In this document: positions 35,798-45,079 of the stretch, in pieces | How the letters are laid out: every line of letters starts with the position of its first letter | Position numbering within the stretch: position 1 is the stretch's first letter | NCBI GenBank assembly: GCA_045803545.1 | Contig: JBJMOW010000002.1 | Location: forward strand, 384,001 to 448,000 | Reading direction: 5' to 3' | Length of the DNA stretch: 64,000 nt | DNA from: Gemmatimonadaceae bacterium | GTDB taxonomy: Bacteria > Gemmatimonadota > Gemmatimonadetes > Gemmatimonadales > Gemmatimonadaceae | Made by a program: the position numbers and the translations under genes | Notes under the pieces: model-generated | What the model saw: only the letters and a program-made list of their open reading frames with translations | Database searches by the model: none | Told to the model about the DNA's origin: nothing

Positions 35798-36834
35798 AGC
35801 ACGCAACTGTACGACCGGTTAGTTACCTCGTCGTGGCGACCCTCGCAGCGGTCGCCATTTGGTTTACGCCCCAGCTGGAAAAGAAGCAGGTCTTCGCAAT
35901 GGAGCCGGTCGTTGTCTCCCGACCCGGCCTTGAACCCGCCGATTTCCTGTTGTCGCCTCTCGTCATCGAAGCCTCCAATCAGGAGCTCGTCGACACTCTC
36001 GCGATCGGTGGCGTCATCACCTCGAGTCTCTACAACGCTCTGAACGTCAGCGGTGCTGGCGTGCTTCCGCCGTCGGCTCGCCACCAGCTCGCCTGGTCGC
36101 TCGCCGACATCTTCGAATACAAAGTGGACATGAGCCGTGATCTCCACGACGGCGACAAGTTCCACCTGCTTGTCGAGCGTCTGCAGAAGCCAAACGGCGC
36201 GATCATCGTTAACAAAATCCTCGGGGCGAAGCTGGCTCTTTCAAACAGCCAGAATCCGATCGAGGCGATCAACTTCGACACCAAGGGTTCCAGCAGCGCC
36301 CAGTATTACGACGCGAGCGGCATGTCGCTTCGCGCCGCGTTCCTGCGTGCCCCAGTCGCTTTCCGCCGCATCAGCAGCGTGTTTGGCGCCCGCAAGCACC
36401 CGATCTTTGGTGAGTGGCGCAACCATACCGGTACCGACTACGCCGCGGCTGAAGGAACGCCGGTGCGCGCGATCGGTGACGGCGTCGTGATCTTTGCCGG
36501 CAGGAAGGGCGGCTATGGCAACATGATTGACATTCGGCACCGCAACGGCATGGTGAGCCGCTATGGCCATATGCGCGGCTTCGCGACCGGCATCAGGCCG
36601 GGCTCACACGTGGCAATGGGTTCGACGATCGGTTACGTCGGCATGACCGGTTGGGCGACTGGCCCGCATCTCCATTTCGAGATTCGCGTTGATGGTGTCG
36701 CAAAGAATCCGCGCCTGGCGCTGGAGAGCAGAAGCGGCGAGCCGATTCCAGCAGGTGAGCGCGCGCTGTTCCAGCGGATGCGGCAACAGACCTTGGCGAG
36801 CCTGAGTCAGGCGCATCTGGCCAACGCCGAGTAA
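35794..36834 (+). CDS. M23-family peptidoglycan endopeptidase (MepM-like)
   Basis: N-terminal TM/signal; HTGTD (HxxxD) and PHLHF (HxH) zinc motifs; TTGA overlap with ftsZ. Confidence 0.92.
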   Translation: MKHATVRPVSYLVVATLAAVAIWFTPQLEKKQVFAMEPVVVSRPGLEPADFLLSPLVIEASNQELVDTLAIGGVITSSLYNALNVSGAGVLPPSARHQLAWSLADIFEYKVDMSRDLHDGDKFHLLVERLQKPNGAIIVNKILGAKLALSNSQNPIEAINFDTKGSSSAQYYDASGMSLRAAFLRAPVAFRRISSVFGARKHPIFGEWRNHTGTDYAAAEGTPVRAIGDGVVIFAGRKGGYGNMIDIRHRNGMVSRYGHMRGFATGIRPGSHVAMGSTIGYVGMTGWATGPHLHFEIRVDGVAKNPRLALESRSGEPIPAGERALFQRMRQQTLASLSQAHLANAE

Positions 36835-36864
36835 CGCCGCGACAGTCGCGCAGGATTTATCTTC

Positions 36865-36895
36865 AACCCGGACCCCGAGTCCGGGTTTTTCTTTT
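36865..36895 (+). terminator. Intrinsic terminator
   Basis: AACCCGGAC-CCCGA-GTCCGGGTT followed by TTTCTTTT. Confidence 0.85.
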
Positions 36896-36902
36896 ACGGC
36901 AT

Positions 36903-37027
36903 TGCGGACAACTGCAAAAGAAGGGATGCGGGTTGCCGGTTTTTGGTTACGGGTTGTCGGTAGCTGAACCCAAAACCCGCAACCATCAACAGGGAACCCG
37001 CATCGCGTTCAGTTGCATTTGTCCGCA
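36903..37027. repeat. Imperfect ~125-nt inverted-repeat element built from NNNGGTT heptamers
   Basis: TGCGGACAACTGCAA pairs with TTGCATTTGTCCGCA (14/15); inner GATGCGGGTT pairs with AACCCGCATC; heptamers GCGGGTT-GCCGGTT-TTTGGTT-ACGGGTT. Confidence 0.85.
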
Positions 37028-37043
37028 GTCCTTAACCGAAGCC

Positions 37044-37979
37044 ATGGCAAATCGAATCCTGCGCCGCGCAGGCGACGTACCGTCGCGGTCGTTGTGGAAG
37101 AAAATAAAAGACGTTGCCCTGATGGATGTCGCCGCGATCGCGCGTGCCGGCACAATTCAGGGTTCGTTGGAGAGGCTGGAGGAGCTGCTGCTCGAGGCTG
37201 ACTTCGGCGTTGCAACGACAATGCGACTCGTCGCCGAGATCGAAGGTCAGGCCAAACGCGGATTCATCAAGACCCAGGACCAGTTTCTCGAGTCGCTGCA
37301 GAAGGGAATCGAGAACTCGTTGCGCTCGGGCAACAGCGACCCGGCATTGTCGGTAGCTTCGAGCAATCCCACCGTGATCCTGGTCGTGGGCATCAACGGG
37401 GCGGGCAAGACAACCTTCATCGGCAAGCTATCCGACTTTCTGAGAACGAATAAGATGTCGGTGCTGGTCGGGGCAGCGGATACCTTCAGAGCCGGCGCAA
37501 TCGACCAGCTACGGGCGTGGGCGCAGCGCACCGGCGCAGACTTCGTCGGCGGCGCACCAGGGTCGGACCCGGCAGCAGTCGCCTTCGACGCTGTCGACGC
37601 TGGTATAACCCGAAACAAGAACGTCGTGATTGTCGACACTGCCGGCAGATTACATACGAGCGGCTCCCTGATGGAAGAGATGAAGAAAATCAATCGTGTG
37701 ATTGGGAAACGACTCGTCGGCGCGCCGCACGAAACCCTTCTCGTCCTCGACGGCACCATTGGACAGAACGCCGTCGCACAAGCGAAGACATTTGCCGAAG
37801 CGATCCCGATCACGGGACTCGTCGTCACCAAGATCGATGGCACCGCCAAAGGCGGTATCGTCCTCGCTGTCCACGATGCGCTGAACATTCCGGTAAAGTT
37901 CATCGGGATTGGCGAAAAGGCGACCGATCTCGAGTCGTTTGATGCAAAGGTCTTCGCCCAAGAGGTGCTCGAAGGATAG
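37044..37979 (+). CDS. ftsY: SRP receptor FtsY (NG domains, no long acidic domain)
   Basis: LLEADFG, GINGAGKTT, DTFRAGA, DTAGR, TKIDGTAKGG; ATG 37044. Confidence 0.96.
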   Translation: MANRILRRAGDVPSRSLWKKIKDVALMDVAAIARAGTIQGSLERLEELLLEADFGVATTMRLVAEIEGQAKRGFIKTQDQFLESLQKGIENSLRSGNSDPALSVASSNPTVILVVGINGAGKTTFIGKLSDFLRTNKMSVLVGAADTFRAGAIDQLRAWAQRTGADFVGGAPGSDPAAVAFDAVDAGITRNKNVVIVDTAGRLHTSGSLMEEMKKINRVIGKRLVGAPHETLLVLDGTIGQNAVAQAKTFAEAIPITGLVVTKIDGTAKGGIVLAVHDALNIPVKFIGIGEKATDLESFDAKVFAQEVLEG

Positions 37980-40073
37980 ATGACGGCCGGCACCGAGCCG
38001 CGCCGCGGCAAAGTGTACCTCGACATGCCCGTCAATTATCTGAAGGGCGTCGGGCCGGCGCGAGCTGAATCACTCCGCCGCCTCGGCATCATCACCGCGC
38101 GCGATCTGCTGTACCACATTCCGCACCGCTACGAGGATGCGAGCACCATCGCTCCTATCGCTTCGCTCGAACCAGGAATGGATGGAACGATCATCGGCAA
38201 GGTGATCTCAAAGGGAATCATCCCGACGCGCAAAGGTTTGAGGATCTTTCAGGCGGTCCTGCAGGACGACAGCGGGATGATCGAGGCGTCGTGGCCGGGC
38301 CAGCCGTTCCTCGATCGCAGCATCGAGAAGGGCGACATCATGCTTCTGACCGGATCCGTCCGTTTTTTTCACGGGCGCCAGTTGCAACCCCGTGAATTCA
38401 TCCAGCTCGGTCGGGATGAAGACGACATCAAAAGCGGTAAGGTCCTCGCGGTTTATCCAGCCACCGAGGGCCTCTCATTCAAGGTCATCCGCGGCATCAT
38501 CGACGCGCATCTAGCTTCGCTGCTGCCGCTGGTGACAGAGTATCTGCCCGCGGCACTGCTGCGTGACGTGGGCGTCCCGCCACTGCGTGAAGCGATTCGA
38601 ATGGTGCACCGCCCCGAAACGATTGCCGAAGGCACACTGGGCAGGGGCCGACTGTCTTTCGAAGAGCTTCTCTTCGTTCACATGCTGCATCGCCGAGCAA
38701 ATGCACTCAAGCGTCAGCGGCGCACGGGAATCTCATTCGAGAATCGACGTCAACTCACCACCGGACTGAAGAAGAATCTTCCTTTCGCGCTAACCAATGC
38801 GCAGACCAATGCGTTGCGCGAGATCGTTGTAGACATGGTGAGCGACCGGAAAATGCATCGCCTGCTTCAGGGCGACGTCGGAAGCGGCAAGACAATCGTC
38901 GCAGTCTTCGCCGCGCTGCTGGCGATGGAGAATGGTTACCAGGCGGCGATCATGGCTCCGACCGAGCTACTCGCCGAGCAACACATGCGCACGCTCACCA
39001 GACTGCTGCAGCCGCTCGAGATTGAGCCGATCCTGGTCACTGGCAGCATGAACAGTCGCGCTCGCAAGGAAGCCGCTGAGAAAATGGCACTCACCGAGCC
39101 TTTGCTGGTCGTCGGCACTCACGCCCTGATTCAGGGGGGAGCGACCTTCGGCCGGCTCGGCTTCGTCACCATCGACGAGCAGCATCGATTTGGTGTCGAG
39201 CAGCGCGCAGCGATCTCGGCCAAAGGGGAATCACCCGACGTTCTACTCATGAGCGCGACCCCGATTCCGCGATCGCTGGCGCTGACCATTTATGGCGACC
39301 TCGACGTCAGCACGCTCGATGAACGCCCTGCCGGTCGCCAACCGGTGACAACGGTGATGCGTCCCGAATCAGCGCGAGATCGAGTACTCGAATTCGTCGC
39401 CAGCGAGACCGAGAAGGGCAGGCAGGCCTACATCGTGTACCCGGTCATCGAGGAGTCAGAGAAAACGGATCTCAAGGCGGCGACCACGATGTACGAGCAG
39501 CTCTCCGCGGGTCCATTTGCCGGCCGTGTCGTGGCGCTCATTCACGGCCGCATCCCCGCCGACGAGCGCGAGACAATTATGCGCGCGTTTCGAGACGGCA
39601 AGATTGACATCCTCGTCTCAACGACTGTCATCGAGGTGGGTATCGACGTTGCGAATGCGACGGTGATGCTGGTCGAACATCCCGAACGGTTCGGTCTGTC
39701 GCAGCTGCATCAGCTGCGCGGGCGCGTCGGGCGAGGCGCCGAGGCGTCGTACTGCATACTGCTCGGGGACGTTGGTGAAGAGGCTTACCAGCGCTTGCGG
39801 ATCTTCGTCGACACCGACGACGGCTTTGAGATTGCGCGCGCCGATCTGAGACTTCGCGGCATGGGGAATCTCTTCGGGCAGGAGCAGAGTGGTGAAGCCA
39901 CTTTCAAGATCGCCGACCCAGTGCGCGACGAGGAGCTCAATATCAAAGCGCGCGCCGCCGCCGAGCAACTGCTGGACAAAGATCCGGAGCTGACGTCAAA
40001 GGAAAACGCCGGTATCCGGAAAGTGCTGAGCGCGCGGTATGCTCGCGCGCTCGATTTGTTCAGGGTGGGGTGA
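37980..40073 (+). CDS. recG: ATP-dependent DNA helicase RecG
   Basis: QGDVGSGKT, DEQHRFG, SATPIPR, QLHQLRGRVGRG, DLRLRG. Confidence 0.97.
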   Translation: MTAGTEPRRGKVYLDMPVNYLKGVGPARAESLRRLGIITARDLLYHIPHRYEDASTIAPIASLEPGMDGTIIGKVISKGIIPTRKGLRIFQAVLQDDSGMIEASWPGQPFLDRSIEKGDIMLLTGSVRFFHGRQLQPREFIQLGRDEDDIKSGKVLAVYPATEGLSFKVIRGIIDAHLASLLPLVTEYLPAALLRDVGVPPLREAIRMVHRPETIAEGTLGRGRLSFEELLFVHMLHRRANALKRQRRTGISFENRRQLTTGLKKNLPFALTNAQTNALREIVVDMVSDRKMHRLLQGDVGSGKTIVAVFAALLAMENGYQAAIMAPTELLAEQHMRTLTRLLQPLEIEPILVTGSMNSRARKEAAEKMALTEPLLVVGTHALIQGGATFGRLGFVTIDEQHRFGVEQRAAISAKGESPDVLLMSATPIPRSLALTIYGDLDVSTLDERPAGRQPVTTVMRPESARDRVLEFVASETEKGRQAYIVYPVIEESEKTDLKAATTMYEQLSAGPFAGRVVALIHGRIPADERETIMRAFRDGKIDILVSTTVIEVGIDVANATVMLVEHPERFGLSQLHQLRGRVGRGAEASYCILLGDVGEEAYQRLRIFVDTDDGFEIARADLRLRGMGNLFGQEQSGEATFKIADPVRDEELNIKARAAAEQLLDKDPELTSKENAGIRKVLSARYARALDLFRVG

Positions 40074-40074
40074 G

Positions 40075-40102
40075 AGCGGGAGGCGGGAGGCGGGAAGCGG
40101 GA
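40075..40102 (+). repeat. RGCGGGA heptamer tandem (4 units) between convergent genes
   Basis: AGCGGGA-GGCGGGA-GGCGGGA-AGCGGGA. Confidence 0.85.
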
Positions 40103-40108
40103 AACAGT

Positions 40109-40678
40109 TTAGCCGTTCGGGTTGGCTAGCCGTTTCTTGATTCGTTCCAGTTCCGCGCTCACCTTCGCCAGTTCGTCCTTGCTCTTCGCGAGCTGTTCCT
40201 TGAGGCTCGCTATTTCCTCGTCGCGGGATTTGCTGACGACGACCACGGTGTCTTTCGTTGCCGTGCCGGCGGGAACGCTGTCGACGGCAACACGCAGCGT
40301 ATTGTTCACGCTTTGAGCTACCGCTGCGGTGCGACGCAGCAAGGTCGCTTCGTCCCGGTACATCCCGTTCGGATTTGACGCCAGATAGGCGTCGAGTTGA
40401 GTGATTCCATCGCCAAGAGAGCCGCGCTCATTGGCGGGGTCTACGGTGTATGCCGCTTTCCAGAAAGCGGTCTCATTGGCCTCGGTCGTTCCCGGATGGG
40501 TGCGCACATACTCGTCAAGGAGCTTGTCGGCCGCGTAATAGTTATGACCGTCAACGTTTTGACGGGCGTTATACAACGTTTTGTCCCAGTCGCTTGGTTG
40601 CGGCTTGGTGACGTTCTGCAGAGTAGCGCAACCCGCGAACACCGTTGCGACGACCACGGTTGGCAGAAATCTGTTCAT
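40109..40678 (-). CDS. Alpha-helical lipoprotein with C-terminal coiled coil
   Basis: Lipobox VFAGC; TPR-like middle; heptad C-terminus IASLKEQLAKSKDELAKVSAELERIKKRL; overlaps the kinase stop. Confidence 0.8.
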   Translation of the reverse strand: MNRFLPTVVVATVFAGCATLQNVTKPQPSDWDKTLYNARQNVDGHNYYAADKLLDEYVRTHPGTTEANETAFWKAAYTVDPANERGSLGDGITQLDAYLASNPNGMYRDEATLLRRTAAVAQSVNNTLRVAVDSVPAGTATKDTVVVVSKSRDEEIASLKEQLAKSKDELAKVSAELERIKKRLANPNG

Positions 40679-42171
40679 TTAGCTTCCTCAGTCGATGCTT
40701 GTAGCTCACGCTGTCGCTGCGGCCGCTTCGGATCGACGGGTAGGGTCACTGTAAAAGTCGTTCCCTCACCCACCGTGCTCTCCGTCGTGATGTCGCCGCC
40801 GTGAGCTTCGACGATTTCCTTCGCAATCGCCAGGCCTAATCCCGTGCCTTTGGTGGCGGCCTGAGCCTGATTGTCCGCCTGGAAGAACTTGTCGAAGATG
40901 TGCGGTAGTTGGTCAGGCGGAATTCCCGCGCCGGTATCCACCACCGTGATGGTGACCCTGTCCTGGTCGGCCGTGACTGTAAGTCCGACTTTGCCACCGC
41001 GCTCGGTGAATTTGAAGGCGTTCGAGAGCAGGTTGCCGAGCACTTCGTTGATGCGATCCTCATCCCAGAAGACATGTTCGGGAAGGCCGGGACGGTGGTC
41101 GATGCCGAATGATATCCCTCGCTGCATTGCCAAAACCGAGAACGAGCTTTCCAATGTGCTGAGGAAGCGCTGCAAGTTCGTCTCACGGATGTCGAGCTTG
41201 CCGCCGCTGGCCTCGAACCGGCTGACGTCGAGCAAACGCTTCACCAGTCGGGTGAGGGTATTTGCCTGTTTGCTGATGGTGTCGAGAATTTGTTTCTGCT
41301 GGTCAGTCATTTCGCCGTAGAGACCTTCCTTAAGCAGGTCCAGATAACCGATGATGACGTTGATCGGTGTCTTCAGCTCGTGTGATGCGACGCTCACGAA
41401 CTCCGCGCGCAGTCGCTCCAGCTCCGCCAGCTGACGCGCCATTGTTTGGTAGCTTTTCGCAAGACGACCGAATTCGGTTTGTTCGTTTGCCTGCAGCCTC
41501 AGCCGGTACGCGAGATCTCCATCCGCAATTGCGCGCATGCCGCGATCGAGCTCTTTGACAGGGCGTCCGATCGAGCGCACCAGCCAGAGCGCGATCACCG
41601 CGGCGATCAGTAACGCCACCAGCAAGGCGCCGGCGGCGAGGCGCTCAGCGTTCAGCGTAGCCGTTGTAGCGTCGTTGATGCGCTGGCGTGTGCGAGTGCG
41701 TAACAGCGCGGCGCTTGCCTCGATTGCGCTATCGACCATGGCCACTGACGGCCGCGTGCGCTGAGAGGAAATCATTTCGGCGACTGTACTACGGCCGGCC
41801 GCGGCTTGCTCATATTCGTCGCGAGCGGCACCGCGCAGCGCGTCGAGCGAGGCGCGAATCTGCGAAGCCGGCAGCTCCAGGCGATAACGCTGGAGCGAGT
41901 CGCTGAGAATGAACAGTGTGTCGATCTGGCGCTGCATGCGTGCCGCGCTCTTCTGATCGTGAATGAAGAGCAGCGCATCTTCGGCGCGACGGGTGTCGTC
42001 GGTGCGCTCGCGGAAAGTCCCAAGGAGCAGCGACGCTGCGAATTCACGGTCGCGCAGCAACCGCGTCGTTCCGTAAAGCTGCTCGAGCGACCTAATCGAT
42101 AGCAGCAACGGAATGATCAGCACCACGGCGATGGCGAGCAGGCCCCACCCGAGGCGGGCGCGCAGAGTCAT
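40675..42171 (-). CDS. Membrane sensor histidine kinase (two TMs, helical periplasmic domain, HAMP, HisKA, HATPase)
   Basis: ASHELKTP, NLLSNAFKFT, DTGAGI, GTGLGL. Confidence 0.94.
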   Translation of the reverse strand: MTLRARLGWGLLAIAVVLIIPLLLSIRSLEQLYGTTRLLRDREFAASLLLGTFRERTDDTRRAEDALLFIHDQKSAARMQRQIDTLFILSDSLQRYRLELPASQIRASLDALRGAARDEYEQAAAGRSTVAEMISSQRTRPSVAMVDSAIEASAALLRTRTRQRINDATTATLNAERLAAGALLVALLIAAVIALWLVRSIGRPVKELDRGMRAIADGDLAYRLRLQANEQTEFGRLAKSYQTMARQLAELERLRAEFVSVASHELKTPINVIIGYLDLLKEGLYGEMTDQQKQILDTISKQANTLTRLVKRLLDVSRFEASGGKLDIRETNLQRFLSTLESSFSVLAMQRGISFGIDHRPGLPEHVFWDEDRINEVLGNLLSNAFKFTERGGKVGLTVTADQDRVTITVVDTGAGIPPDQLPHIFDKFFQADNQAQAATKGTGLGLAIAKEIVEAHGGDITTESTVGEGTTFTVTLPVDPKRPQRQRELQASTEEAK

Positions 42172-42257
42172 ATCAGGCGAATTGGTTGGGGCGAGGTCCG
42201 AAAGTTATCGCAGCCAGCAAGTAGACGGAATTGAATCCGGCTGCTACTGTCGTTGCT

Positions 42258-43592
42258 ATGACATCCAAAATCTCACTGCCACTAATTTGCAGGCGGATCG
42301 CCTGCGCCGCGCTCGCGGTAACAGCGATTCTTTCGACCGCATCACGGCGGGCGAAGGCACAGGCCTCCCCCAGCGCACGCTTAACCCCCATCGAGCAGAA
42401 GATTCGCGACTATGTGCGCGCGCACGAAAGCGAGCAGATCACCTTCCTGGAAAAAGCCGTGAATATCAGTAGCGGCACGCTCAACCTCGCCGGAGTCCGT
42501 TCGGTGGGGCGACTGTTTGCTCCCGAGTTTGCGTCGATCGGTTTCGACACGACGTGGGTTGCCTTACCGGACGCCGTCGGGCGGGCCGGACATCTTTTCG
42601 CCGAGCGCAAGGGTGATCGAGGAAAGCGACTCATACTGTTAGGTCATCTCGACACGGTGTTCGAGGGCGAAGGCGAAAGGTTCGTGCGTCTCGACACTCT
42701 GGCTGCAGGGGCAGGCAGCTCGGATATGAAGGGTGGTGACGCTGTGATTCTTTACGCGCTCAAGGCGTTGCAAAGCGTCGGCGCTTTGAAGGGCACGCGG
42801 ATCGCGGTAGCGCTGATGGGCGACGAGGAAGATGCCGGACCGCTCGATAAGGTTTCCCGTCAGCCGCTGATCGACCTTGCGAAGCGCAGCGATGCTGCGC
42901 TGGGCTTCGAGGAGGACGCTGGGAAGGGAACAGTCGCCCGTCGCGGGTTCAGTGGTTGGCAGCTGACTGTGACCGCGCGACAGGCGCATTCCTCGGGGAT
43001 TTTTCAGCCGGGCTCGTCGGACGGCGCGATTTACGAAGCAGCGCGGATTCTAAACACGTTTCGAGAGCGATTGTCGAGCGAGCAGTATCTGACGTTCAAT
43101 CCGGCGATCATAGTCGGCGGCACTGACGTCACCTACGATTCGACCAAGATCTCCGGCACGACTGCGGGGAAGGACAACATCATCGCGCCAAAGGCATATG
43201 CGCGCGGTGATCTTCGCTTCATCTCCGACGAGCAGCTGCAGAAAGCGCGCGAAACGATGCGTGCGATCGTCGCCGACCATTTACCCGGCACGACAGCCAC
43301 GATCACCTTTGAGGACGGAAATCCGGCGATGCCGCCAACGAAGGGCAACATGGCTTTGCTGGCCGTCGAGGACGCGGTGAGCAGGGCTTTGGGTCAAGGC
43401 CCGGTCGAAGCGCTCGACCCCGGACGACGTGGCGGCGGCGATATCTCCTACATCTCCCAGTATCTCGATGCTCTGGATGGACTGGGTGTCATAGGAATGC
43501 GCTCTCACACGCCCGACGAGCGCGTCGATCTCCGGTCGATTGTCCCGGCGACCGAGAGAGCGGCGCTCCTTATTTACAGGCTGACGAGATAG
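42258..43592 (+). CDS. Secreted M20-family peptidase (glutamate carboxypeptidase-like)
   Basis: GHLDTVF, DMKGG, DEE, FEE, HTPDE metal ligands; signal peptide ending AKA-Q. Confidence 0.9.
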   Translation: MTSKISLPLICRRIACAALAVTAILSTASRRAKAQASPSARLTPIEQKIRDYVRAHESEQITFLEKAVNISSGTLNLAGVRSVGRLFAPEFASIGFDTTWVALPDAVGRAGHLFAERKGDRGKRLILLGHLDTVFEGEGERFVRLDTLAAGAGSSDMKGGDAVILYALKALQSVGALKGTRIAVALMGDEEDAGPLDKVSRQPLIDLAKRSDAALGFEEDAGKGTVARRGFSGWQLTVTARQAHSSGIFQPGSSDGAIYEAARILNTFRERLSSEQYLTFNPAIIVGGTDVTYDSTKISGTTAGKDNIIAPKAYARGDLRFISDEQLQKARETMRAIVADHLPGTTATITFEDGNPAMPPTKGNMALLAVEDAVSRALGQGPVEALDPGRRGGGDISYISQYLDALDGLGVIGMRSHTPDERVDLRSIVPATERAALLIYRLTR

Positions 43593-43632
43593 AAAAAAAC
43601 GGCACGCCAGGATCGGCGTGCCGTTTCTCTTT
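43593..43632. terminator. Bidirectional intrinsic terminator
   Basis: A7 run, AAACGGCACGCC-AGGATC-GGCGTGCCGTTT stem-loop, T-rich tail; lies between convergent M20 and susD genes. Confidence 0.88.
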
Positions 43633-43647
43633 CAAGCGCGGCAAGAA

Positions 43648-45036
43648 TCAGTACCCGGGATTCTGTACCATGTTTGGTGAAACGTCGAGCTCAGACTGAG
43701 GAATCGGCAACAGATCCTGTGCTGCTGGGATGTTCGCCAGTCCAGTGTTCGTGCGGATCATGTCCGGCCAGCGATCACCCTCGAATGCCAGCTCCAGCCG
43801 GCGTTCGTTGGCAATTGCTGCCAGCGCCTGCGCCTGGGTTAGCGTGGTCGGGTCGGGTGCAACACCCGCTCTCACACGCAGCCGGTTGTATTCGGCGACT
43901 GCTTCCGGAACACGATTGAGGCGCGCCAATGCTTCGGCGCGAATCAGGATTACCTCGGCAAGTCTGATCACGTGCAGATCTTCGTCGCCCGCCGGATTTC
44001 TGAACTTCGCGGCGTAGGTACGCGTTCCCGCGCGAGCAATTGAATACTTGCCGCGCAGATCGGTTGGATTGTAGGTGGCAATGTTGCCGCCCGACGCAGG
44101 ATCGAATGCGGCAATAATGCCGGTGGTGCCCAAGGTGTTATCGATGCTGGTGGTCGGAGCGACCTCGTACCTGCCACCCAGTGCCTTTGGCAAATAGTAA
44201 ATACTTGCGGCGTGCGCCTGGGTTGGAGTGAAGGTCACTCTGAAGATGTCTTCCGGCGTATTGCTGCCTGTGGCATCGAAGAGATCCGAGAAGGTGGGTG
44301 CGAGTGAATACCCCATCCCCTCGGTTACGGCAGCAGCCGCTTCGGCGCCGGCATAGTCACCGTTGTACAGCCTCACGCGCGCCTCGATTGCGGAAACGGC
44401 ACCGAGTGAGGCCTGGCGTGTCTGGCTGCGCCCGGCCGTAATCAACTGCTTGGCCTGCGCGAGATCAGCAAGGACCTGCGTGTAAACCGCCGAGCCGGCT
44501 GCCCGTGTTGCCTCGTTTGCCGCACTCGCACTTGTCACCGGCGCCAGAATCAAGGGCACACCTAAAGCCCCGGTGTTGCCATAGAGCTTCACGAGATCAT
44601 GGTAAGTCAGCGCGCGCAGGAAATACGCCTCGCCGAGCGTCTCGTTCTTCTCGGCGTCGTCCATGTCGGTGAGAGCAGGAACCTTATCCAGGATCTGATT
44701 CACTCGATTGATTTCGTTGTACGCAGCATCCCAGATCGCCGTCGCTCGAAAGTTATCGGAGCGAAGGAGGTGTTGGTCGGCGTCCGCATAATCGTCGAAC
44801 GTACCGACCCAACGCGCGTTGTCGGACAGGACTTCGGTCCAGTCGACGAGGTCGTGACCGTACAGCCCAGCCGCCTGCAGCCCTGCGTACGCGCCCTGAA
44901 GAGCGGCGCGCGCCCCGACAGCGTCGGAGATCGCAGTCCCGGAGGCGATCGAGCTGGTTGGCGGAACATCGAGCGTATTGCTGCACGCGCTCAGTCCCAC
45001 CGCCGCAAGCACCAGCAAAAGTTTATTGATTCGCAT
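43648..45036 (-). CDS. susD: RagB/SusD-family outer-membrane lipoprotein
   Basis: Lipobox LSAC; GEAYFLRALTYHDL, RLAEVILIRAEA, ERRLELAFEGDRW, C-terminal QNPGY. Confidence 0.93.
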   Translation of the reverse strand: MRINKLLLVLAAVGLSACSNTLDVPPTSSIASGTAISDAVGARAALQGAYAGLQAAGLYGHDLVDWTEVLSDNARWVGTFDDYADADQHLLRSDNFRATAIWDAAYNEINRVNQILDKVPALTDMDDAEKNETLGEAYFLRALTYHDLVKLYGNTGALGVPLILAPVTSASAANEATRAAGSAVYTQVLADLAQAKQLITAGRSQTRQASLGAVSAIEARVRLYNGDYAGAEAAAAVTEGMGYSLAPTFSDLFDATGSNTPEDIFRVTFTPTQAHAASIYYLPKALGGRYEVAPTTSIDNTLGTTGIIAAFDPASGGNIATYNPTDLRGKYSIARAGTRTYAAKFRNPAGDEDLHVIRLAEVILIRAEALARLNRVPEAVAEYNRLRVRAGVAPDPTTLTQAQALAAIANERRLELAFEGDRWPDMIRTNTGLANIPAAQDLLPIPQSELDVSPNMVQNPGY

Positions 45037-45079
45037 GATTTGATTGGTTCGAGAGTTTAGACGTGTCATGATATGCGGC

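Noticed and set aside
36933..37043. N-terminal extension of FtsY
   Set aside because: It is a translation of the hairpin repeat; ATG 37044 is the plausible start.
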